Positions 19,186 to 28,154 are shown, counted from the first letter of the stretch. The stretch: 64,000 nucleotides of DNA from a virus (IMGVR_UViG_3300028591_002825:321-64320), one strand, 5' to 3'. The notes: a model not told the origin generated them from the sequence alone. Program-made: numbers and translations.

Positions 19186-20499
19186 TTAGTGACCACGTCT
19201 ATTTGCGTACTTCTGCATACCATATCTTACAGCATCAATACTATGGTTATTTTCGTCAGGATAAGCACTTATAAAGTTACCTTCTCTATCCTGCTCATAT
19301 TCATAGTTGACAAACTCTCTGTATGTATATGGGCACTGTCGTTTATCTATATAGATATGATTTAAACCTTGAAGCCACTTTATACCATATCGAACACTGT
19401 CTGGTCCTTTATCTGCCGCACGTATAAATGCGCCATATGCTTTAAAGTCAGCAACAGATTTTTCTTCTGCGCTATCAGCAGTAACAAGTTCATCAAAGGT
19501 TAACAGCTTCTTCTCATTATACAATATGTCGAAAACAACCTTGTTTCTTGTTTTCATAGTATTGTACTCAGCAAAGATATATAAATCTAACTTTCGTCTA
19601 TCAAAGTGCATTTTGACAAATCTGAACGGGTCAATAGAGAATCCCCAGTCAATTCCGTTATAGATATGGTCAAACGTCTTGTACATAGGTATGCGTTCAG
19701 TAACATTGCCGTAAATATCGTGGCGCTCTATTAACTGTTGCATATCTAAATCTTCTACGTTCTCAAATACATCACCACCAGTACCAGTAGCAATGCCCAT
19801 ATACTCATGGTCATAAGCACGAGGATTTATCTTTTTGAGTCGTTCAGCTTCTTCTACAAAATCATCACCAAGCCAGCTTTTAGGTACATCAAGATATGAG
19901 TTTCTTATAACAAGTGTTCTATCTTGGTCAAAAACTTCACATTCTTCTGCATACTCATTTGCCCAATTATTTTTTGAGATAGGCGGGTTGAATGTTCTAA
20001 AATCCCAGAACATATTACCACCACGCATTGTAGACTGAGTAACGTTACGCAATTCTTCTGGTCCTGCATACTGGTCAAGTTCTTCGAACCACGTAACCCC
20101 AATATATCCAAATGGCGGTTTGATAGATTTTACTTTCATGGGGTCATCAAGACCCATGAAGAAGATTCTTTGTCCAGTTGGTAGATACACAATAGGCGTG
20201 CTGTATGTTTTAGGTATTCTGAAAAGTTTCTCTACACCAAGTTGATATATGCCCCAAACTACCTGTGCATAGATACTGTTCTGAATAGTATTTGCGACTT
20301 TCCTAAAACATACAGCATGAATATTTGGATTCTGCATTATAAGCATAGGAACAGCAATACCACCTGCAAAAGAAGATTTTGTACTACCACGACCGCCTGC
20401 AAACACATAGTGGGTGTGATTATGCGCCAATACATCTTTCAGCACAGGTTTGTACATCGGTATTATACAACTGTTTAAATCTATACTTATATTAGCCAT
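19186..20499 (-). CDS. terL: Terminase large subunit (PBSX-type)
   Basis: GGRGSTKS Walker A, WFEE Walker B, FNPP, GIDWG and NHSIDAVRY nuclease motifs. Confidence 0.93.
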   Translation of the reverse strand: MANISIDLNSCIIPMYKPVLKDVLAHNHTHYVFAGGRGSTKSSFAGGIAVPMLIMQNPNIHAVCFRKVANTIQNSIYAQVVWGIYQLGVEKLFRIPKTYSTPIVYLPTGQRIFFMGLDDPMKVKSIKPPFGYIGVTWFEELDQYAGPEELRNVTQSTMRGGNMFWDFRTFNPPISKNNWANEYAEECEVFDQDRTLVIRNSYLDVPKSWLGDDFVEEAERLKKINPRAYDHEYMGIATGTGGDVFENVEDLDMQQLIERHDIYGNVTERIPMYKTFDHIYNGIDWGFSIDPFRFVKMHFDRRKLDLYIFAEYNTMKTRNKVVFDILYNEKKLLTFDELVTADSAEEKSVADFKAYGAFIRAADKGPDSVRYGIKWLQGLNHIYIDKRQCPYTYREFVNYEYEQDREGNFISAYPDENNHSIDAVRYGMQKYANRRGH

Positions 20500-21844
20500 A
20501 CGTTATATATGCGTCCTCAAATCCTGCATTTTGAATCTTTGTAAGCAGGGCTTCTGCATTTGACTTCTTGCTAAAAGCACCTGCCTGTACCTTATTATAG
20601 CTACCTGCTTTCTTTATTATTGCTTTAATACCAATGTCAGCTAAATATTTGACCCGCTTCTCGGCATTTGCTTTCTCTTTAAACGCACCAACTTGTACTT
20701 TATACAGCTTCTTTGTCTCTTTAGCTGTTTCAGCAGGCACTTTATGACTGAACTTATTGTAGTATACAAGACCATAGTTCGTTCTTGCATCTTGTACACC
20801 AGCTCCTTGATTAGCCGGACGCTCAAATCTGAATAAGAATGAATTAGAGGCATCTCTTATGGTATTGGCAGATTTTAACTCACTCATCATAGTTGAATAA
20901 TTTTGCATTTCTTTCCATAAGAACTCTAACTGCATTTGTAAATCGCCGATAGAGACTTTTCGATTCCTCGCATACACTAATAAATTCTGTTTACGAGAAT
21001 AATATGTCCATTGTGCGAGGCCATATCCAGCTCCATCATGTACAAAGTTGTTGTAAATACCGTTGTCAACAGCTTGTGTATAAGTAATATCGTTATAGCC
21101 GAGTTTCTTTTCAAAAGAGTTTTGAAGGTTAATAGGGCTTAATGCAGATTCAGCACGAAGGTTGCCCATAATACCTGCAACTGCAAAATCATTAAGACCT
21201 TTACTCTTTAAGAAGTCCCAGATTTTCTTTTCATTAGAATCATCTTCTACAGTTTCTTTAGTTTCAGTAGGTTCCGGAGTAGATTGAGAAGAATCACCAG
21301 CTTTCTGTAATTGAGCATTGACTTTGTTCGCAATATCACCCATCTTACTCATAAGATAAGGTCCGGGACAAGCAGTAGCACTAAACCACCTATGTACTGT
21401 CATAAGCATTTCATTATCTTTAGGTTTATAAGCAAGAGATTTCTCTTTATCACCAAGCCAAATGACTTTAGTCTTGCCATTACGCTTACAACAATCAACC
21501 ATAAGATTGATAAGAGCTTTATAAGACTTGTCAGAAATTTCCCAATTCGGGCCTCCCTTACTGTTAGCTACTTCAAATGTAATAGCCCTGTTATCATTAT
21601 CATAGTTACTGGAAGTCCATGGTGCATTTTCTTCTTTTACAGATTGTGAAATATCGCCGTCGTAGCCTATACAATACGTAGCACTTGCACTTCTTGAAGG
21701 GCTTGCAAAACTGTCAGCGCACTTCTTAGAAGTACATTGTACCCAAGCCATATGATGAATGGTAAAACGAGAGATAGGATACTTACGTGGTTTATAGCAA
21801 TTAGGCGAAAGTTTTGTATATGTTACTAAAGAACTGTTTGACAT
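20492..21844 (-). CDS. Endolysin: Amidase_2 + phage lysozyme-like + SPOR
   Basis: FTIHHMA..HRWF.ATACPG amidase; AGIMGNL.AES..GYGLAQWT lysozyme; YKVQVGAF C-terminal SPOR. Confidence 0.88.
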   Translation of the reverse strand: MSNSSLVTYTKLSPNCYKPRKYPISRFTIHHMAWVQCTSKKCADSFASPSRSASATYCIGYDGDISQSVKEENAPWTSSNYDNDNRAITFEVANSKGGPNWEISDKSYKALINLMVDCCKRNGKTKVIWLGDKEKSLAYKPKDNEMLMTVHRWFSATACPGPYLMSKMGDIANKVNAQLQKAGDSSQSTPEPTETKETVEDDSNEKKIWDFLKSKGLNDFAVAGIMGNLRAESALSPINLQNSFEKKLGYNDITYTQAVDNGIYNNFVHDGAGYGLAQWTYYSRKQNLLVYARNRKVSIGDLQMQLEFLWKEMQNYSTMMSELKSANTIRDASNSFLFRFERPANQGAGVQDARTNYGLVYYNKFSHKVPAETAKETKKLYKVQVGAFKEKANAEKRVKYLADIGIKAIIKKAGSYNKVQAGAFSKKSNAEALLTKIQNAGFEDAYITYG

Positions 21845-21846
21845 AT

Positions 21847-22077
21847 TTACTCCTCTTTCATTTCAGGCATACTAATAATGATACTCTTTAACAGAGAAAC
21901 GACTGCGGCAGTACCCGCAACAGAAAGAATGTGAAGCCAGTTTACTTCTGTAAATGCTTGACCAACCGTAATCATACCAACAGCAGTTTCAGCAAAAGTC
22001 CATAAAGCACGCTTGCCTGCGCTGACTGCAAACTGTGTAATATACTCGTCCATAAAATCATTGTTCATTACTATCAC
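21847..22077 (-). CDS. Holin (r1t-like)
   Basis: RALWTFAETAVG..VNW..ILSVAG.AAVVSLLKSI; two hydrophobic segments; next to endolysin. Confidence 0.8.
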   Translation of the reverse strand: MIVMNNDFMDEYITQFAVSAGKRALWTFAETAVGMITVGQAFTEVNWLHILSVAGTAAVVSLLKSIIISMPEMKEE

Positions 22078-22531
22078 CCCAATTCAATGTAACTGTAATT
22101 TGATTGTCTGCCATGCCCTGTTTACGTAAGTCTACGTCAATAGTCCTCTTTGCAAGCTCTTTAGCCGCATTAGTTCTTTCAGTAAGTGGAGCATCAAGCC
22201 CAAATTGGTCTTTTATCTCCCCTCGCATAACAGAAGTAAAATACTCCATTACTTCATTGGATTCTGCTATTGTCTTTTTTGCTCTCTCTTCCATAAGCTC
22301 TTTTATTACCTTTCTAATATTAGGTTTCTTTAATTGACGGCGTGTATATGCTTTGTACCCATCGCCTGCTCTAATTTTATCTGAAACAGTTTTGCCTATA
22401 GTGTGATAAGATTCTGTTTCAGCTCTAATATAAGCCTGGACAAATTTCCAATCTTGAGGAGTAAGTGGAGTATCTTCTGTAATTTTAGGTGTACCACCCC
22501 CGTACCATTTATGTCCCTTCGGTGCCGGCAT
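22058..22531 (-). CDS. terS: Terminase small subunit
   Basis: EVMEYFTSVMRGE..DQFGLDAPL.ER..AA.ELAKR motif. Confidence 0.8.
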   Translation of the reverse strand: MPAPKGHKWYGGGTPKITEDTPLTPQDWKFVQAYIRAETESYHTIGKTVSDKIRAGDGYKAYTRRQLKKPNIRKVIKELMEERAKKTIAESNEVMEYFTSVMRGEIKDQFGLDAPLTERTNAAKELAKRTIDVDLRKQGMADNQITVTLNWGDSNEQ

Positions 22532-22850
22532 CTGCTAAAATCGTCTCCTTTCTCTTCTCATTCCACATTTCATTGTCAGTAGGCAATTCAATGCCGTTGA
22601 GCATGTACCAATAATCCCGCATGAAAAAAACCATCTGTAGAAGTGAATAAGTGCTGAAAAGCTCTATCTTGACATTCTTGCCAGTAGCCTCATCAAAAAC
22701 TTGCTTATGTAGGGTATAACGATTTATTTCTCTTTTATGTTTGTCAGAATACCACTGAGTGATATTGTAACAAAGATGTTCGTCATAAACTACATTGCAC
22801 GCCCTTTGAAGTTTTCTTATGATGCGGGATTGGTCTCTTTGTCCGCCCAT
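22509..22850 (-). CDS. Hypothetical protein
   Basis: 113 aa, GGAGG RBS, in late operon. Confidence 0.65.
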   Translation of the reverse strand: MGGQRDQSRIIRKLQRACNVVYDEHLCYNITQWYSDKHKREINRYTLHKQVFDEATGKNVKIELFSTYSLLQMVFFMRDYWYMLNGIELPTDNEMWNEKRKETILADAGTEGT

Positions 22851-22884
22851 AAATCACCTCCTTCTTCTACGTTTACTGCCCTTC

Positions 22885-23157
22885 CTACTTCGTACTGCTC
22901 TGCGAATTTTCCTTACCGTTACCTTCGCCATTATAAATCGCTCCTGTTACATCGTCTCCAACATAGTTAGCGTTGCCATCTTCACTTTCGACTGAAACAA
23001 CATCATCCTCAACAGGCAGAGACATGTACCATATAAATCCGCCAGCCATTGAGAGTATAATAAATAATTCAATGACGGCGATAATGAACCATCTCTTTGC
23101 AGATGCTTTCAGTTCGTGAAGTAATTCAGTAGCAAGGGTATGTACCTCTTTTTCCAT
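22885..23157 (-). CDS. Hypothetical single-pass membrane protein
   Basis: 90 aa with hydrophobic WFIIAVIELFIILSMAGGFIWY segment; first gene after late promoter. Confidence 0.65.
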   Translation of the reverse strand: MEKEVHTLATELLHELKASAKRWFIIAVIELFIILSMAGGFIWYMSLPVEDDVVSVESEDGNANYVGDDVTGAIYNGEGNGKENSQSSTK

Positions 23158-23186
23158 AAATCAATTCTCCTTTCATGTTTACTAAC

Positions 23187-23216
23187 ATTGTAGCACAACT
23201 GTTAATAAGATTGCAA
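23187..23216 (-). promoter_or_regulatory. Putative promoter of terminase/late operon
   Basis: TTGCAA-18bp-TACAAT with TG extension. Confidence 0.6.
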
Positions 23217-23434
23217 GTGACCGCGACCTACTTAGAAAATTCGTTTATAAAAAATCTGGGAATTAGACCATGACGTTGCAACTTACTACGAAAATTCAAG
23301 AGACACGCAGACCTACTACGAAAAAATTAAGGTTGTCGTGGTGAGAGAACGCTGGGCCACCACCCTCGGTTAGCGGGGGCTAACCCCCCCCCCTGTGCGC
23401 TTTAGCACTGTGAAGCGTTACAGTGCGACAGTGT

Positions 23435-23713
23435 GTTAAAAATTTGTCAAGCTCGTTAAAGGCTTCACACATTTCATTGCATTGAAGTGTTAAAGTATGT
23501 TAAAGATTTATCAAGCTCGTTAAGCCTTTAACATACTTGTTAAAAATATAACAAAGATTGTTTGTTATTTAACAAACGAACTCTGTTAAATATTTCACAT
23601 GATTGTTAGAGATTTAACAAGATTGTTAAAGATTTATCGTTAAGGGTTTAACGAGATTGTTAAAAAAATATTTTATAAGTTATTTTTTTAACGAACTATG
23701 TTAAATCTTTAAC
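23435..23713. repeat. Phased array of 14-bp palindromes GTTAA-N4-TTAAC
   Basis: About 12 exact or near copies, mostly 20 bp apart. Confidence 0.85.
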
Positions 23714-23811
23714 AAATAGCATGTATGTTATCGAACTATTGTTCATGTCAAAAAAGACGCAAAAAAAGTTGGAAATCGTTGAAAAAACCTTCAAAAAGGT
23801 CAAAAAAGACG

Positions 23812-23840
23812 TTGACAGAGCCGTAAACGTGTGCTATACT
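23812..23840 (+). promoter_or_regulatory. Strong sigma-A early promoter
   Basis: TTGACA-17bp-TATACT, TG extension, upstream phased A-tracts. Confidence 0.8.
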
Positions 23841-24031
23841 GTTTACATAAGATAAAGATAAACAATAACACAGTTGATGATGCGCCTGCGCCCCGCGCCC
23901 GCGCGGAACCTCCTTCCCAACTCCATAGCGTGCCGTAGGTGTAACCGGCCTGGACTCGGCGAGAGGCCACCGAGGCAGCACATCAACAACCACCAATGTT
24001 TACGCCCAGGATGGGCAGAAAGGAAATTACC

Positions 24032-24574
24032 ATGAAAAACATTTTTGAGAACTGCACCACAGAACAGGAAGTGAAGAGGGCATACAGAGCTTTCTCCAAG
24101 AAGAATCACCCGGATAACAACGGTGGCAAGGAGTCCCAGGAGTTTAAGGACGTCACCAACGAGTACAACAAGCGCATGGCCGAGTTCACCGAGGCCCGCA
24201 AGGCAGCTAACAAGGCCGCTGAGGAAGCGAAGCGCAAGGCCGAGGCAGAGGCCGCCCGCAAGAAGGCCGCTCAGGAGAAAGCCGCTAAGAAGGCCGCCAA
24301 GGAAGCAGGGGAGAGCAAGTTCGACCGCATCCTCAAGAGCATCCCGCAGGAAGAGGGGTTCGTCTATAACAGCAATAGCAAGCGCACCGCAGTGCATGTG
24401 ATGTACAAAGGCAAGCGCGTGTTCGGTCACTCCGGCCCGATCCTCGTAGTTACTCGTGAAGAGCTCCTGGAAGGTATCACTGGAGCTGAGAAGAAAAACT
24501 ACGGCTGGAGAGTCGAGGTCACTGAGGAGAACATGCGCACACTGATGAAGAACGCTAAGAGCCTCTGGGGCTGA
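24032..24574 (+). CDS. J-domain (DnaJ-like) protein with Ala/Lys-rich linker
   Basis: EVKRAYRAFSKKNHPDNNGG..FKDVTNEY: HPD motif in J-domain context; AAGGAA RBS. Confidence 0.75.
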   Translation: MKNIFENCTTEQEVKRAYRAFSKKNHPDNNGGKESQEFKDVTNEYNKRMAEFTEARKAANKAAEEAKRKAEAEAARKKAAQEKAAKKAAKEAGESKFDRILKSIPQEEGFVYNSNSKRTAVHVMYKGKRVFGHSGPILVVTREELLEGITGAEKKNYGWRVEVTEENMRTLMKNAKSLWG

Positions 24575-24652
24575 TACCTACCGACCCGGTCAAGTCGAAA
24601 AACTGACCACCACATCATACATCATCTACAAAGTAGAGGAAAGGAGTAAAAT

Positions 24653-24880
24653 ATGACCACCACAACCATTGCCACTGGAACTCTGTATCAAGCCGATGGC
24701 CAGACCATCTCCAAGCTGTACGCCAACCTTAAGGGTGGCGACCTGGTATGCACCGACGATTGGGTGCCGCACTTCTGGTTCGACCAGACCTACGGAGTGC
24801 TGGTAGACCTCGTGAGGCGCACTGTCTCCATCGTGATGCCTGCCACCTTGAAGCAGTGGCGACTGACCGGGGTCATCTAA
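24653..24880 (+). CDS. Early hypothetical protein
   Basis: 75 aa, AAAGGAG RBS. Confidence 0.65.
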   Translation: MTTTTIATGTLYQADGQTISKLYANLKGGDLVCTDDWVPHFWFDQTYGVLVDLVRRTVSIVMPATLKQWRLTGVI

Positions 24881-24972
24881 GACCCAAGCCCCTGGGGAGA
24901 ACCGTAACTCGGAGCGACACCGAGCAGGGGCACTACCGCAATAGTGCGGGTGCATAACGAAAGGAGTAAAAA

Positions 24973-25164
24973 ATGGCAACATACTACTACATCACCATGT
25001 ACGGCAAGGAAAAAGTTTACTACACAAAGGTAGATAGCCTCGATGAGGCAATCCAAATCTGCAACCTGTGGGATTCAGCCAAGGTTCAGGAGAGAATGAA
25101 AGGAAGATTCGGAGCTGCCAAAGTTGTCTATGAGAAGTGGAATGGCACTGTAACAACCTGCTGA
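24973..25164 (+). CDS. Early hypothetical protein
   Basis: 63 aa, AAAGGAG RBS. Confidence 0.65.
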   Translation: MATYYYITMYGKEKVYYTKVDSLDEAIQICNLWDSAKVQERMKGRFGAAKVVYEKWNGTVTTC

Positions 25165-25171
25165 TGCAGGG

Positions 25172-25194
25172 GCTGAGCTATCGGCCATACGGGC
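25172..25194 (+). repeat. 23-nt intergenic repeat SCTGNGCTAWCGGSNWKACGGGC (also 25403..25425 +, 26763..26785 -, 31865..31887 -, 32893..32915 -)
   Basis: Five copies, each sense-oriented between a stop codon and the next RBS. Confidence 0.85.
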
Positions 25195-25216
25195 ACATAG
25201 CGAAAGGAGTAAAACC

Positions 25217-25390
25217 ATGAAGTGGAGAAAGACGAGGAATAAACAAGAGTGGAAAAGCAACACTGGAGTGAGGATAGTGTGGAACGTGTTCTTCCAAATC
25301 TACCAGATTGAACGGGGAACATTCTTCGGGTATGCTAAAACACTCGAAGAAGCAAAGCAGGTAGTGGAGACAGATTACCACTTCCAGTAA
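25217..25390 (+). CDS. Early hypothetical protein (57 aa)
   Basis: Manual translation MKWRKTRNKQEWKSNTGVRIVWN...; AAAGGAG RBS. Confidence 0.6.
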   Translation: MKWRKTRNKQEWKSNTGVRIVWNVFFQIYQIERGTFFGYAKTLEEAKQVVETDYHFQ

Positions 25391-25466
25391 TACATTTACA
25401 AAGCTGGGCTATCGGCTATACGGGCAAGAACCAGATAGTCTACAAAGTAGAAGAAAGGAGCTTACC

Positions 25467-25655
25467 ATGTTACTATATTACAGAGTGGAAAGAGACCGTT
25501 GCCAAAAGTATATCATCTCCCTTTATTACCGCAATCTTTTGGGGAGCATGAAGGAGATGCATCGTAGCGTCCACAATCGTCCAGTGGATGTAAATGAAGT
25601 GATTCAACACTACAGGCAAGAGGGATACCACATCCAGAGCATAGCTACAGCATGA
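25467..25655 (+). CDS. Early hypothetical protein
   Basis: 62 aa, AAAGGAG RBS. Confidence 0.6.
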   Translation: MLLYYRVERDRCQKYIISLYYRNLLGSMKEMHRSVHNRPVDVNEVIQHYRQEGYHIQSIATA

Positions 25656-25664
25656 ACCTTAGGT

Positions 25665-25689
25665 GAGGGGCGAAAGCCCCTCTTTTTTT
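25665..25689 (+). terminator. Rho-independent terminator
   Basis: GAGGGGC-GAAA-GCCCCTC followed by 7 T. Confidence 0.88.
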
Positions 25690-26187
25690 GTGTAGTTTGT
25701 AGATGAAGCACCTCGCCTAAGGCGCCAATTTTCAATAAAAATACCCAGCCACCTTGCCAATTTGCCGTTGGCAAGGTGTTTTTGTGCAATTTGCACAAAG
25801 GGTACGGTATTCCACATAGGGGTCTGGTTGTATATATTGCACAAAAATTTGGGGCTTGCCAAGCGTGGCCAGCTCCTATTTTTTTGTACAAATTTACCCA
25901 AAATGTACAAAAAATTCCCGAGGAATTCCCTTGTTTCCCACACTGACCCACTTTTTCCCCATTTATTAGCTGAGTTTCCTATTTATTAGTTGCCATTAGG
26001 CACTATTAATTCTCACTTACCACTGGTTATTCAGTAATAGCTAATGGTATATCTGGAATATGGATATTTACTGCATTTCCACTATATCACAGCTTTTTCT
26101 TTACCGCCGATTTTTTTTCTCCCGGTACTTTTCCACTGACCATATTTATTAAGTTTGTAGATTATGGTGTTTTTATAATTAAAAAAT

Positions 26188-26222
26188 AAAAGTACCTATT
26201 ATTTTAATACATAGGTACTTTT
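26188..26222 (-). terminator. Probable terminator of minus-strand early array
   Basis: AAAAGTACCTAT...ATAGGTACTTTT inverted repeat in AT-rich context. Confidence 0.6.
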
Positions 26223-26274
26223 ATATTAGGGTAAATATTTTGTGAGCTTTTTCAATTTCCGCCGATTTTGTGGC

Positions 26275-26517
26275 TCAGAATACATAATAATACAGGTCTG
26301 CCACTACTCTCTGAAGGTCACCATTCTTATAGGGGTTCAGCTCTGGTGTGTGGAAACATATATCCATTGCTACTGCTGTTATCCCATCATCGGTAATACA
26401 TTCTATCTCTTCTACGAAGGTTAACATCCTTTCATATTCCTGAGCATCTCCACCTGTATACCGATTCCTCTTATTGCAGAGCTTGTACAATGCCCAACGT
26501 GCGTCAAATCCTTTCAT
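26275..26517 (-). CDS. Early hypothetical protein
   Basis: 80 aa, AGGAGG RBS. Confidence 0.6.
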   Translation of the reverse strand: MKGFDARWALYKLCNKRNRYTGGDAQEYERMLTFVEEIECITDDGITAVAMDICFHTPELNPYKNGDLQRVVADLYYYVF

Positions 26518-26529
26518 TTTATTCCTCCT

Positions 26530-26748
26530 TTAAAATCTTTCCCATACATCTTCTGCCATGCAACTATAGGTATCTACAAAAATTTTAGCCATTTCTCTGG
26601 CATCTTCCTCAGTGTGTGCGCCAACTTCTTCTAACTCTTCCTGTTCTTCTGCGCCGTTTTTATATGTTCTCACAAGAACAGCCTGCACGGTATATTCGTA
26701 GTATCTGTAGCTTGGGTTACCGTATATAGAAACTACCAACATATTCAT
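26530..26748 (-). CDS. Early hypothetical protein
   Basis: 72 aa, GAGGAAAAG RBS after 23-nt repeat. Confidence 0.55.
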   Translation of the reverse strand: MNMLVVSIYGNPSYRYYEYTVQAVLVRTYKNGAEEQEELEEVGAHTEEDAREMAKIFVDTYSCMAEDVWERF

Positions 26749-26807
26749 TTCTTTTCCTCTCTGCCCGTCATGCCGTTAGCTCAGCTTTGTAGATATTGGC
26801 GTCATCT

Positions 26808-27029
26808 TCACATCATTCCATGAATCATTGCATTTATCATGGAGTTCCAGTTTCTTCTGCCCTCGAAGTAAAAATTCCTTGCTTCAGGATACTCCTCTCG
26901 GATTTTTTCAATCTTCATTGCCTTCCAGACCTCGATATAATCTTCATCGAGGTCGTTTCCAATTGTGTAGCGGTCGACTTCAATCTCATCGCCACACTCG
27001 TCAACCATTATCAGAATCATGTTTGCCAT
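26808..27029 (-). CDS. Early acidic hypothetical protein
   Basis: MANMILIMVDECG start after AAGGAG. Confidence 0.55.
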   Translation of the reverse strand: MANMILIMVDECGDEIEVDRYTIGNDLDEDYIEVWKAMKIEKIREEYPEARNFYFEGRRNWNSMINAMIHGMM

Positions 27030-27133
27030 ATCGTTTTCTCCTTTCTTTTTACGGACTTTCACTCGTCACCGGCTCTGCATTTCTCAACACGGGTTGCCAA
27101 CGTGCTATGCCCGCATTAGGTGACGCTTTAGCG

Positions 27134-27553
27134 TCACACATCACAGCTCTGACTGTGGTAAATGATTGTCTTGTGCAGTTCGGGAATAGGGAATACATAG
27201 ATGTTGAATGTGAACCACACGCCAGTACAATCACGACCATCTCCATACGGATTGTACCAGTGCCACCATTCATCTTCTCTGTATGCCTTGATGGCCTCTT
27301 CTCTGGTCATCTCAATGTCGTACCACTCTTCGGGCAAACTGTCGTAAACAATCTTGCACCATCTGGAGTCGTAATCACGGTAGTGCCACTGCTCTTCATT
27401 CTCGGCATATTCCTGCTCTCTGATGCGGTTCTCCCTGATTCTCTTCTTCAGGTCACGCACGATGGCATTGTTCTCAATCGTCTGCTTTGAATCTCCTCTC
27501 TCTTTGTGGAAATCAATAATCTCGTGAAGCATGGCATAATCTGTTCTTAACAT
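27134..27553 (-). CDS. Early hypothetical protein
   Basis: 139 aa, first gene after promoter 27612. Confidence 0.6.
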   Translation of the reverse strand: MLRTDYAMLHEIIDFHKERGDSKQTIENNAIVRDLKKRIRENRIREQEYAENEEQWHYRDYDSRWCKIVYDSLPEEWYDIEMTREEAIKAYREDEWWHWYNPYGDGRDCTGVWFTFNIYVFPIPELHKTIIYHSQSCDV

Positions 27554-27611
27554 AGGAAACCCCTTTCTGAATCTGTGGTTGGAGCATTTCTGCTCTTCTT
27601 TTCTTTTCTAT

Positions 27612-27641
27612 ATTATAACACACCATTGAGCATCTTGTCAA
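27612..27641 (-). promoter_or_regulatory. Early sigma-A promoter
   Basis: TTGACA-18bp-TATAAT. Confidence 0.8.
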
Positions 27642-27735
27642 GAGCTTTTTGAAAAAAATTTCAACTACCCTCTGCCATAACCAATAGAGGGTAGTCATAT
27701 GCCAATCAGTTGACACGATAGCTCAGGTGCTTAAC

Positions 27736-27996
27736 TCATCTTCCTTCTACGTATCCGAAATCAGCAGGAACTTCATTGCTTCTGTCAGAGGAACCCTCAA
27801 CTCTTCCCCAACGCTCTCCGTTAAACCAAACGGTGAAGTTGTAGTGCATTGACTGAACTGCGGCCCACTGGTCTTCTGCAAGGAAGTTCGCAAGCTCAAA
27901 AACATCCCTCATGGCGAACACTGTGCTGTTGTTCCCGTGCTTATCATAAGACTGAACCTCAAATCCAACATTACTTCTTTTCTCTAATCTCTTCAT
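27736..27996 (-). CDS. Early hypothetical protein
   Basis: 86 aa, AAAGGAG RBS. Confidence 0.6.
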   Translation of the reverse strand: MKRLEKRSNVGFEVQSYDKHGNNSTVFAMRDVFELANFLAEDQWAAVQSMHYNFTVWFNGERWGRVEGSSDRSNEVPADFGYVEGR

Positions 27997-28049
27997 GGTA
28001 TCTCCTTTCTTTACTTCGATGCGTTTGCACTTCTTTTGTATCTACGATA

Positions 28050-28079
28050 ATTATATCACACCATTGTAAGCCCTGTCAA
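28050..28079 (-). promoter_or_regulatory. Early sigma-A promoter
   Basis: TTGACA-18bp-TATAAT. Confidence 0.8.
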
Positions 28080-28109
28080 GTCTTTTTTGAAAAAATTTTC
28101 AAAATCAAA

Positions 28110-28140
28110 AAAAGGCGCCAGCGATTTCTCACTGGCGCCC
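28110..28140 (-). terminator. Rho-independent terminator
   Basis: GGCGCCAG...CTGGCGCC stem followed by T-run on minus strand. Confidence 0.75.
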
Positions 28141-28154
28141 TGCGTCAAAACTTA

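Noticed and set aside
23384-23393. Phase-variable homopolymer (C10)
   Set aside because: Non-coding and not within a promoter spacer; homopolymer length is unreliable without reads.
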